Source: a virus
Taxonomy: Duplodnaviria; Caudoviricetes
Strand: one strand, 5' to 3'
IMG/VR virus record: IMGVR_UViG_3300030202_002195
Span: 1-61,231 of that record
Length of the DNA stretch: 61,231 bases
Position numbers and translations under genes: made by a program. The notes beneath the pieces were generated by a model. The model did no database searches, was not told where the DNA came from, and saw only the letters and a program-made list of their open reading frames with translations. How positions within the stretch are numbered: the first letter of the stretch is position 1; the number at the start of each line of letters is the position of its first letter. This document shows, piece after piece, positions 35,409 to 46,200 of the stretch.

Positions 35409-36380
35409 ATGGCAACAACAGGAACATATTATTTTGACGGAGGGACATTTGCTTCCTCCTCGTATCTTTATACAGACGCAGGTCTTACGACCCCAGCTGA
35501 TATGGGTTTTTATTCTATAGGCGGTATCGTAAGAGAAGTGCTTAATGCAGATGGAGAACTTGGCGTGGTTCAATCTTGTCCGTCTTGCATACCAGAGTGT
35601 AGTTATGCATTAGGACCTACTTATCAAACCACTACTGAAACTGCTGGAGAATATAATCATACTATAGATGTTGGAGCAGATACTGGTGCTATTATTGTTG
35701 AGGTAATTCCTTGGGGTTCTAATGTTGGTTTTACATGGACATATAACGGTCTTACCGCTTCAGAGTATACCAATCCAACTTACGGTTATTTGCAGGGGGT
35801 AATAGGTGTAGAGAGCCCATCTACTGGAGATTGTAGTGCTCTTCCTTTAACTAATGCTTTAGGAAGTAATGGAGCTACTTTAGCTGGCAACACTTTCACT
35901 TACAACGCTACACTTAATGAGTATATTGTTGGGTCGGCTATAACCCTTGGACCTATATCTGACGAGGCTTCTGGCGGTGTAACATTAACTCCTTTAGCTC
36001 CTGGTAATTCCTATATGGTAATACCTAAACCAAATGCCAACCCTCAAACTATACAGATAGAAGCGCTTGTAACATGCGCTCACGCTGACTTTACAATAAC
36101 AACATTTTGCCCTATAACTTTACAAGGTTTTGATGGCACTGTTGCTCACGCTTCATGTCCAGGTGCTTGTGCTTTAAGCTATACAACTACTTATTATAAT
36201 GTGCCTCCATCGAGTAATCCAGCTCCAAACTTAGGTATTCCAAGTGTTAATGATTGGGTGTTTATGGATGAAAATGCTGTAACAGCAGTTCCTAATGGAA
36301 ATTATTCTGTTGATGTAAACGGAGTTTCTCATTGTATGGCAGTAGAAAACGGAGTAATAACAACCTTAACAGCGTGCTAA
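35409..36380 (+). CDS. Cys/Thr-rich tail accessory protein
   Basis: ORF between the two nozzle-like genes; NGVI...C end resembles that of the upstream ORF. Confidence 0.65.
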   Translation: MATTGTYYFDGGTFASSSYLYTDAGLTTPADMGFYSIGGIVREVLNADGELGVVQSCPSCIPECSYALGPTYQTTTETAGEYNHTIDVGADTGAIIVEVIPWGSNVGFTWTYNGLTASEYTNPTYGYLQGVIGVESPSTGDCSALPLTNALGSNGATLAGNTFTYNATLNEYIVGSAITLGPISDEASGGVTLTPLAPGNSYMVIPKPNANPQTIQIEALVTCAHADFTITTFCPITLQGFDGTVAHASCPGACALSYTTTYYNVPPSSNPAPNLGIPSVNDWVFMDENAVTAVPNGNYSVDVNGVSHCMAVENGVITTLTAC

Positions 36381-36381
36381 T

Positions 36382-37221
36382 ATGGCTAATGCAGAAACTA
36401 TAACCTACGCAGGAGATGTAAAAGGATGGCCATCTTTTTATGATTATTTACCTGACTACATGATAGGTATGAACCAGTATTTTTATACTTTTAAAGGTGG
36501 TAATATATACAGGCACAACGTATCGGCTAATAGAAATGAATATTATGGAGTGCAACATCCTTCAACTATAACTACTGTATTTAATACAGATCCCTCAACC
36601 ATCAAGCTATTCAAAACAATGTCTTACGAAAGTAATGATGTTTGGACTTGCACAGAACTTTTTACGGATTTAAGCACTGGATCTATGCCAGCCATTAGTT
36701 CGTGGAGACAGAAGGAGGGTGAGTGGTTTGCTTTTCTTAGAGAGAACGCTGGAACTGTAAATTTGAAACACAGAAGTGTTCAAGGTGTTGGTGAGGCTAC
36801 CGCTGCTGCTGGAGTTGTTGGAGCCATTTTAATTACCTTTGGTAGTGCCACAGCTCAAAACCCTGGAATATCAGATTCTGTTGCTGTTGGTGATATTGCT
36901 TATGGTGTTATTGCTGGAGTTCAAACAGAGATTGGTCCCATAACAGCCTTGGGGTCTGTTACTATACCAGCGGTTACTGCTGGTACCCCTTTCCCAGTGG
37001 TACAATACAACATTACTGTAGACGCTACTGCAACAGGTGTTACGCCTGCTCAGATATTTACAGCCCCTGCTCCTGGCGCTTTTATTTACGCTGTAAAAGA
37101 CCCGATTGCTGAATCTACAGGAGCGAGAGGATACTTTATGCACTTCACATTATCTAATAGTAATGTAGAGCCTGTTGAGCTTTTTGCTGTTAACAGCAAT
37201 ATCATGAAAAGTTTTCCATAG
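36382..37221 (+). CDS. Nozzle/stabilisation protein C-terminal module
   Basis: KGWPSF...P..M...N..FYTFK.G..YRH, K.FKT..YES, KEG.WF, RG.F. Confidence 0.65.
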   Translation: MANAETITYAGDVKGWPSFYDYLPDYMIGMNQYFYTFKGGNIYRHNVSANRNEYYGVQHPSTITTVFNTDPSTIKLFKTMSYESNDVWTCTELFTDLSTGSMPAISSWRQKEGEWFAFLRENAGTVNLKHRSVQGVGEATAAAGVVGAILITFGSATAQNPGISDSVAVGDIAYGVIAGVQTEIGPITALGSVTIPAVTAGTPFPVVQYNITVDATATGVTPAQIFTAPAPGAFIYAVKDPIAESTGARGYFMHFTLSNSNVEPVELFAVNSNIMKSFP

Positions 37222-37241
37222 AATTTATTATCTTTGCGATA

Positions 37242-37652
37242 ATGAAATTGTATGTCAGACCATTAATCGCAGAAGATTACGATAAAACACTTAGACAGTG
37301 GTGGTTTGATTGGAGATGGACACCGCCATCAAGAGATTTTTTACCAGAAAATGGAGAGGGTGGGTTCATTGTTTATGATGAGGAAACCCCTGTATGTGCG
37401 GGGTTTATGTATGAAACCAACTCTAAAGCAGTTTGGTGTGATTGGATAATCTCCAATATAAAATACAAGGACAGAAACAATAGAAAAGAAGCCTTATCTT
37501 TGCTTATCAAAAGAATAGGTGAGGAAGCAGAGAGGCTTGATAAAAAATATATATACGCATTGATTAAGAATAAACCACTTATTAATGTGTATAAAAAACA
37601 AGGATTCGTTGAAGGTAGCTCTTACAGTCACGAACTAATAAAAAAAATTTGA
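37242..37652 (+). CDS. GNAT-fold protein (position equivalent to T7 gp13)
   Basis: PVCAGF...W.DWIISN...YKKQGF; TATCTTTG at 37229-37236. Confidence 0.65.
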   Translation: MKLYVRPLIAEDYDKTLRQWWFDWRWTPPSRDFLPENGEGGFIVYDEETPVCAGFMYETNSKAVWCDWIISNIKYKDRNNRKEALSLLIKRIGEEAERLDKKYIYALIKNKPLINVYKKQGFVEGSSYSHELIKKI

Positions 37653-37653
37653 T

Positions 37654-38406
37654 ATGGCAGTAACCACAGCAGCAGTCGTTGGTATCGCTACAGGAGTAGC
37701 AAGTACAGCTAAGTCTTTTTCTGACGCTGCTAAAGCAAAGAAGGCTCAACAAAAAGCAAGTGAAGATGCGGCAAGGCTTATGTCGGATGCTCGTAAAAGA
37801 GCTGAGAAGAATGAGTTTGAAGGTCTTACAGTTCCTACGGATGCTTATGAGGCTGCTTTTGAAACTACATTGGCAGCAAATAAACAGCAGGTAGAAGCTC
37901 TACAAGAAGGAGACGCTCGTGCATTAGCGGCTGGTGTAGGTAGAGCAGGAGCAGCAGCGCAAGCTGGCGCTGAAAAGACTCGTATAGCTATGGGTCAAGA
38001 CCTTTTTAATGTTCAAAAGATGAAAGCTCAATCCAGAGAAAACATCAAGCAACAACTTATTGGTATGGATGTAGGTGCGGCTAAAGATGCTAAAGCTGAA
38101 GCTGCTTATCAAGAACAATTAAGAGCTCAAAACATACAACAAGGTATTAAAGGTATTGGTCAGGTAGCTGGAACAATAGGAAGTAACGCTGCTTTATTTA
38201 GTAAAAAAGACGCTACAGATGCTATTAGTAGTATAGGGGATAATATGGTTTCAGCTAACGAACCTTTAATGAGCAATGACTTTAATACTCAGGCTGGAAA
38301 TTTTGCTGGATCTTCAAACTATAACCCTACTGAACAAACAAGCTTTCTTTTTGATGATGCGCTTTTAGAATTAGGATTAGGTGGCGGTGGCTCACCAACA
38401 GGTTGA
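37654..38406 (+). CDS. Ejection/internal virion protein 1
   Basis: Ala/Gly-rich hydrophobic N-terminus, helical body. Confidence 0.7.
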   Translation: MAVTTAAVVGIATGVASTAKSFSDAAKAKKAQQKASEDAARLMSDARKRAEKNEFEGLTVPTDAYEAAFETTLAANKQQVEALQEGDARALAAGVGRAGAAAQAGAEKTRIAMGQDLFNVQKMKAQSRENIKQQLIGMDVGAAKDAKAEAAYQEQLRAQNIQQGIKGIGQVAGTIGSNAALFSKKDATDAISSIGDNMVSANEPLMSNDFNTQAGNFAGSSNYNPTEQTSFLFDDALLELGLGGGGSPTG

Positions 38407-38422
38407 TAATAAAAAATAAAAC

Positions 38423-40261
38423 ATGGCATTAGAAACAGGGGAACCAAAATTACAAACAGTAAATCCTAATCAGTATTCAATAAGGGCTGAAAAGGATTTA
38501 GAAAAATCAAATGTTAATTGGGCTAAGGTTGCGTCCGATTTAACAGGCGTTGTTGACAAGGTACGTGATGATCGTCAAAAGAGAAAGACAGAGCTTGACG
38601 ATGCGACTACCGAAGCAATGAATAACCTCAACGAGATTACACCAGTTGATAATCAGACGTTGGGGACTATGGTTTTAGATACCTCCAATGCCAGTAAAGA
38701 AGCTTTACAAATACAAAACGATTTAATGAAGCAGGGCAAGCTGAAGCCAAACGACTATATGAAGTTTCAGCAAAGACTATCAGACCAATGGGCTTCTTGG
38801 AATAATTCAGTAAAGAACTGGGACGCAAGCTACAAGACAGCTATGGAGCGTGTGCAAAATGGTACAGCATCTTCTCAAGAAATATTTATCAACGAACTTA
38901 CTCAATCTTTTGGAAACGTAAATGGTTTGCAAATGTATGTAAACCCTGAAACAGGCGATATGTCTTTAGTTAGGATGAATGAAGATGGTTCTATGCCAGA
39001 CCCTAAAAAGAATCCTGATGCATATATGAGTATGAACTACATCAATCAAAGAATGAACCAGCAGGTTGATTCTGTTGATGTTTCTAAAGAGGTTGCCCCA
39101 GCAGTTGATAGGTTTGCTAACGTTATTACAATGGAAATTAATGACGCTAATGGATCCTACAGAAGTTATGAAGACTTTAGACAAATGCCTGACTTTGAAA
39201 AAATGATTAACGATCAGGTCAATGCTTTTACTACAGACCCTAACAATGTTGCAAGTATTCTTGCTGATAACGTTGGTGGCTATTCATTTACTCAAAACCC
39301 TGACGAAGCAAAAAAAGATCCTAAGAAAATACTTTTACAAAACAATTCAAACGGACAGCTAATACCACAGCTAACTGATGAGCAGCTCACTGAGGCTCAA
39401 AAATATACAAGGACAGCTATGGAGTCTCAGCTTGACAGTAAGATGGATTACGATAAAGGAGCGAGGTTTGATCCTACCAGAAAAAGCTCACAAGATTACG
39501 CTAAAAATAGAGATAAGGTTGCTGGATATATGGGGAATGCAAACAGACTTCAGACTTCCAATGATGAAGAATTTGAGTTGGTTTCTCGTGATATAATTAC
39601 GGATGTAAACGCTCAAGCAAGAGAGGGTGACAATAGAATAGAAAAGATTGATAGAAACGCAGATGAATTTATTGTTACTGTAGTCGATGCAAGAGGAAGA
39701 ACCAGACCAGAAAGAATACCACGAAAGAAAGATGGTAAAGACTTGTCAATGCAGGATGTTGCTCAAGGTCTTATAAGATTCATCGCTCCTTCATCTCAGA
39801 TTGGAGACCAGTCATTTGATGCTATGGTGGATATATACAATGAGGTAAGCGGAGGGTTTACAGGTGATGTGTCAGGCGAGTCAGCTTCAGCTGGTGTTGG
39901 ATTCCAAGAGGTTCCAACTATAAGTTATAGACCAGAAGAAACTGAAGTGTTTGAAAACATTGATGGACAGGATATAGAGACTGTTGGTATAGCTGCTGGA
40001 AATCTTTTAAACTCTAAGCTTAGAAGGTTAGATATGCAGGGATCTGTTACTATTGATCCAGATTTTGCTGGAGGTGACGGTGAGATAACCATAAATGTAC
40101 CTGGTGTTGGTGAAGAAACATTTAGATACGATGGAGAGAATGCAAATGTTTTACAGTTAGTGAAAGATTATGTAGAGAAAGCTCGTATTGTTCACAACGC
40201 TGAAGGTGGGGTGAAAAAGTCAGGTGGAACAACTAACTCAAGTGGAGGAAACGTAAGATAA
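38423..40261 (+). CDS. Ejection/internal virion protein 2
   Basis: 612-aa helical protein between ejection genes. Confidence 0.65.
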   Translation: MALETGEPKLQTVNPNQYSIRAEKDLEKSNVNWAKVASDLTGVVDKVRDDRQKRKTELDDATTEAMNNLNEITPVDNQTLGTMVLDTSNASKEALQIQNDLMKQGKLKPNDYMKFQQRLSDQWASWNNSVKNWDASYKTAMERVQNGTASSQEIFINELTQSFGNVNGLQMYVNPETGDMSLVRMNEDGSMPDPKKNPDAYMSMNYINQRMNQQVDSVDVSKEVAPAVDRFANVITMEINDANGSYRSYEDFRQMPDFEKMINDQVNAFTTDPNNVASILADNVGGYSFTQNPDEAKKDPKKILLQNNSNGQLIPQLTDEQLTEAQKYTRTAMESQLDSKMDYDKGARFDPTRKSSQDYAKNRDKVAGYMGNANRLQTSNDEEFELVSRDIITDVNAQAREGDNRIEKIDRNADEFIVTVVDARGRTRPERIPRKKDGKDLSMQDVAQGLIRFIAPSSQIGDQSFDAMVDIYNEVSGGFTGDVSGESASAGVGFQEVPTISYRPEETEVFENIDGQDIETVGIAAGNLLNSKLRRLDMQGSVTIDPDFAGGDGEITINVPGVGEETFRYDGENANVLQLVKDYVEKARIVHNAEGGVKKSGGTTNSSGGNVR

Positions 40262-40267
40262 TAAATT

Positions 40268-43200
40268 ATGGAAGAACAAGTATTAAAAGATTTAATAGCA
40301 ACATCTGAATCTTTAAATTATAACTGGGATGAAATAATGCCGAAGTTTCCAGAGCTTGAAGGTGTTGATCTTCAAGTATTAAAAGATTATGTAGAAACAG
40401 CAAAAGCGTATGACTACAATTACGAGGTTATTAATCCTAAATTTCCTGAGCTAAACATAAAAAAAAAAGACGATTCTCTACCCACTGGGGAAGAGGAAGT
40501 TATGGTATCAGATACTACAGTGGTGGAAGAACCTGGCTCATCGGAGCCTTCCGCTCCAGAAACTGATGAGGTTGTAGTAGAAGACACAGAAGTCCTTGAA
40601 ACTCCTGAGCCTGTCGTGCAGGAGTTAGATGATCCTTTTGAAAACTCAATGCAGGTTATCAACTTAGACTTGATGACCAAGAATGAAGAAGCTGTTGTTC
40701 CTAAGCTGGAGTATCACTTTGGAGACTATGGTTTTAAGTTTGAACAAACTGGCCTTGGTGACAGGGTAAAAGCTATCGCACCAAACGGTGAAGAGATAGT
40801 TGTCGAAACAGACAATATTACAGATAAAAAAGATACAAGAGAAGGCGAGAAACTTAAGGAGTTTATAAGAGCAAATAAGCTTGACGGATCTCAAGAGCTT
40901 GACTTAGAGAATAGGTATAAGCAGAACGAAAGAAAATTCTTTACTGATGAAGAAGTAAAGATTGAGTTAGCTAACATGAATGACTTAGCTAAGATTCAAG
41001 CAGATCAAATCAAACAATATGTAGCTAACAAGACTGAGTTCGAAGTATTGAATGCTCAGTATGAATCTATGGATCAAGCTCAGATAGATGATAACCCTGA
41101 GTTTATGAAACTATGGAGTGAGCAGAAGGATGCTTTAGACAAACAACTTGCTCAACTCAAAAACCAAGACAATATTTTAAAGCTACAAGGAGTTGAGTTG
41201 GATAGATCTGTAGGTGCTTATTATGAAATGAAAGCTCAGACTGGTACTAAGATGGGAGCTTTTTACAATGCCTTACTGCAGGGTTATTCAAACATGGCTT
41301 CAGGTCTTGCTGACGTAGTAATAGATGTGTCCACTTATTTAGCTCCTTTGAAAGCTCAGATGGGTGAAGAAAACTACAACGCTGAAGTTGTAAAGAAAGC
41401 CATTGAGAAAGGGTTTATAAAAGGAGAAGAAGAGAATGTACTTCAAAATGTAGAGAGATATATAGAGTTGTTAGAAGGTGATCAGCTGGATGAAATAAAC
41501 AGCGAGATACTTGACGATAACAGAAAACTATTAAAGGCAGGTGATGATGAGATTGTAGAGCAACCCTACTCTCAATTTGCTGGTGCTCTCAATGAAGATA
41601 TGGGGATACTCCAAGCAATACGAGAGGGACTCGTGACTACTGTGGGTGATGATGAAACAACCAGAGAGTACAGCGATTTAAAAAAACAATCTTTTTGGGG
41701 TGGTGCTTTGCTTGGTTTAACCGAATCATTACCAGCTATGGTTGGTGGTATAGGTGGTTGGGCACAACGTACAGCACAGATGTATGCCCAGGTTTCAGAT
41801 GCTCTTACAAAAGAGATGGAGGATGACCCTACATTTGCTGATGTAAGTGAAGCAGAAAAGGCTGCACTAAAACTTCCGTTAGGAGCTGTAGTAGCTGGAT
41901 TAGAAGCTGTTGGTTTAAGAAATGTGATGGCGCAAACAGGTGTTGCCCAAACAGTTTTAATGCGTGTTCTTCGTAAAAAAAGCGCTGATATAGCTGGTCG
42001 ATCTTTTAACGAGGTTGTTTCCAGAGAGATAAACAACATGATTGCTAAAGGAGCCTTGGTGGTTACAGCTGCTGGTCTTGCTGAATTTGAAACAGGAGCT
42101 GCTCAAGAGCTTGCTGATATTGGAGCAAAAGAATTATTTAACTACATAAAAGAAGATGAATACTTTAAGACTCCAGAAAATATATTGTCTGAAGTTTTAT
42201 ACGCTGGAGCTCAAGAAGCAGTGGGTGGTTTTATATTGGGTGTACCAGGAGCTATATCTACAGCTGCTCGTAAGTATGACTTTACTAAGTTAGACGAAGG
42301 TGTCTTTGAAATGTTTGAGGATATAAGCAAAGACCCTGCATACAAAGATGCTTATGTGCAAATAATAAAGCAAGCAATCCTTGATGGAGATATAACAAAA
42401 CAGGAAGGTCAATCACAGTTAGACGCATACAATGAAGTGGTTAATGTGATGAACCAAATACCTGTAGACTTCTCAACAGAACAAAAGAAGAAAGCTTTGG
42501 GTATATTATTAAGAACTCAAAAGCTTGAACAAGAGATAGAGGGTAAGGACCCTCGATTGGTTAAGAGACAAAAACAAGAGATTGAAGATCTTAACCAACA
42601 GTTAGATAACATTTTATACGAAGAAACAGATGCCAGTACGGAGCAAAGCACAGTGGAGGAAACTGTCCCAGTCGAATCCGAGACTACTGAAGAAGTGGTT
42701 GATGGAGTACCCGACCAAGTTCAGCGACCTACCAGAGAAGGTGACACCCAAACCGAAGGGACTCAATCCCAGGAGACGGAAGAGAAAATAGTAGACGGAA
42801 AAGTAGGTGATACATTTACAAGCAATAGAGGTACAGAAGTTATTGTTAAGAAAACTAAAAACCTTACAATAACTGAGAGTCAAACCGAAACAGTTAATCC
42901 TGCTGATCAAAGAAATTTTGGATTAAAAAAGACTACTAAAATTTATGAGCAGATTTACGGTGATAGAATGAATGGAACCGAGCCTGTTCCAAAGCTTAAC
43001 ACCTACCAAAATGAGTCAGTAGTAACTGGCAGAAAAACAACGCAAGTAACAGAAGAAACAAAAGACCTTCAGCTTATGGTTGAGGGTGAAGTAACTGAAG
43101 ATACTGATGTATCCACAGATCAGGATGGACAGGTATTTGAGCAAGTCGATGAGGTTGTATCTATTAATAGAGCAAGTAAGCCACCTAAAAGAACTAACCA

Positions 43201-46200
43201 ATTTAAAAACTTTGTACAGAAGAAAGCAAGGCGTGCTGGAAAAGCATTAGCTCGTATTGCTCCTGATGTAAAGATAGTTCTTCACGAAAATGCAGAGGAC
43301 TACTTCAATGTAACTAACAGTAGAGGTAAAGGAACATTTGTAGATAATACTGTCCACATAAACCTTGAGTCTGCTGACAGAACTACAGTAGCTCACGAGG
43401 CTTTTCACGCAATACTATTAAGCAAGTTAAAGACAGATGCTGCTGCTGGTCGTGTTACTAAAAATATGATGACTGCCATCTCAAAGTCTTTGAACAAAGA
43501 TTCTGAGCTAAAGAAAAGCATAGATGCTTTTGCTTCTAATTATGATGAGAATATACAGAACGAAGAGAAGCTGGCTCAGATTATAGGAGAGATAGCGGCT
43601 GGCTACAAAGAGCTTGACGCTGGATCTAAGAGCACTTTGAGAAGGTGGATAGATAGGATAGCCAAAGGACTTGGTATAAAGGTAGAGGAGTTTACACAGA
43701 CCGAGCAAGATGTTGTGAATCTTCTTAACACCATAGCTAAAAAGGTAACTACAGGACAAGAGATTCAAGAAGGTGAGGTAGACTTAATTGAAAAGCTTCA
43801 GGATGATGACCTTCTAAATACACCTCCTTATGAAGGCGGAGAAACATTAACAGTAAATCCAGAAGGTCCAAAAGATCCAGAGCCAAGAGATCAAAAAAAT
43901 ATTTACAGTAAGATAAATTTTGCAACAAATCTTCCTGTGGTTTCTTTGCAGGAATTTGTAAACAAGGTTGGAGGTAATCTTTTTGCTGTCACTTCTGATG
44001 CCACTGGTTTAGGCTTTGACTCTCAAGGAGACAGAATAGATGGTGGGTTTGGATACTCTGCTATAACTGACAACTTAAATAATGGTATTGGGTTTGCTTC
44101 ATTGAACCCAACATTTGCTAAAATGACACTGTCTAAAATAGCTAAAAGATTTAAAGCTGGCACGAAGATAGGTGTAATGATAATGGTTCAGAGTCCTAAC
44201 GCAACTCTTGGAAACTACTACGGAGGAAAATATTTAGGAAGAGCATTGGGTCAAATAAAAAAATCCAACCCAAATGAATATCAGGTAGTAGTAGATGGAG
44301 TAAGAGAGTTGCTTGAGAACAACAAGTCTGTAAAAAAAGAACTTGACAAGAATACAGATTTTAATGCTGAAACAATATTAGACTTGGTTTCTAATCCTGA
44401 AAACTACACTGAGGCAGAGTTTGGTAAAGAGTGGATTAAGGATACTAACTTTGAGATAAGAAGAATACTTTTAAACTCGTTGTTTATTAACAGTCAAGAA
44501 ACAAGAACAACTAAACAAACTAACCCAGCAAAACTAAAACTAAAAGAAGCTGGCTTCACCATGAGAGATTTCTTGATGGAGTACGGTGATAAGCAGTTGT
44601 TAGGTGAGAACAACCTTAAAGAAAACAAAGGAGGATTTGTTGTTGGAGGTTTTGAAATGATTATTCCAGAAGATATTGACAAAGCTTTAGCTGACATAGA
44701 TAACAAAGGAATAGTTCACCCGCAGTTTAATGGTAAACTTCCAAGCACAGGTAATAACTTTTTGTTTGATGGTTTATACCCAATACAAGAAAACTTTGTT
44801 GAGTACGCTAAAAAGGAAACAACTATATCTAAAGAGCAACAAGAAAGTGCCGATGCAGCTGTTAGAAAAATGTTTAAGGAGGATAAGTTTTATAAGGATG
44901 AGTTTCTTTCTGGACCTAAGAAGGTTGCTAAAAGTAAAAGAGGATACGCTAATTTAAAGACTGGTCCTAAAATTAGATTTAAGGCAGAGAGTCCTCAATT
45001 CTTGGAGGAAAGAACACCTGGTATAACAGCAAGTGTAGCAAAAGGATTGGGCTTATCTTTGGATAAAGACATACCAACTAAAGAAGCTTTTGAAAAACCA
45101 GTTGCTCGTGAACAAAAAGGTGATGCTCTTACATTCCAGGAGATGGAAACGCTTTATGATGTAGAGCAGAGAGAGCAAAAGGATATGCCAAAGCTTACTC
45201 AAAAGCAGGTAGATGAAGCTCTTCAAACAGATAAGGTTGCAAGAAGAATTATTGCAGAAGGCAACCAGCCTAAGCAAGGTGAGAATGTAGGTGTAAGACT
45301 TAATCTTAATGTGTTTAAGAATACAGGGCTGCCAATACAAGCGATACACCAGGGGACTAAAACAGATGCTTACAAGAGAGTTGATGGTGTCTCTGGTAAC
45401 TTTAGAGGCAAGGTAATAAACTATGCCCCAGCAGTTACATTGAAAGATGTATACTTGAATACACATCAAAAGGCTGTATATCAAGTTAAGAACAAAATAA
45501 AAAATAAGTTTCCATTAGCATCTGTTGATGGTCTATACCAAGATATACCATACGATAAGCAAGACTTAACAGGTACAGAGTTGAGGTTCAATCCATTCAA
45601 CACTATGTTGTTTGAAACACTTGATGGAACTCCAGTAAGAAGCGTAGAGGAAGCTACTATATATGGAACAAGAGTTTTTGCAAGAGGTAAAATAGAATAC
45701 TTTACAGAAGAGAATACTCCTCCACCTTATGAACCAACAAAGACTGAGAAGAGAGAACAGAAGGATGTTAAGTTTAAGATTCAAAAGAAAAGAATATATA
45801 AAGAAACACCAAGAGCATTAACTATATTAACATCAGGTTACGGTGGTAAGTTTATCAACCTGCCAATGTCTCAGATAACAATATCAGAAGCTCCTCCAAA
45901 GCGTGGATACTACGGACAAGATATTGGCGAAAGTGGTGAAATGGTTAGAATAACTATGCCACAGTGGTTGTTTAGTAGAAATACTGAGCTGGAAGAAACA
46001 GGCGGTTTTGAGTTAGAAACAAAACCAAAGAAGCGTGAACAAAGAGATGTGTTCAAAAAAGATATGTCTGCTACTGAAATAATAATAGCTGGTAGAGATA
46101 ATAACTTTAGTGATGCATCAATAAAAGAATACCTTACTAAGATAAGAAAGCTGAAGGTAAAAGAAGTAAATGAGTTGATGGCTATAAAAGCCGATCTCTT

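Noticed and set aside
40459-40468. A10 run as a programmed frameshift
   Set aside because: The ORF reads through in frame (IKKKD) and no convincing stimulatory structure was seen
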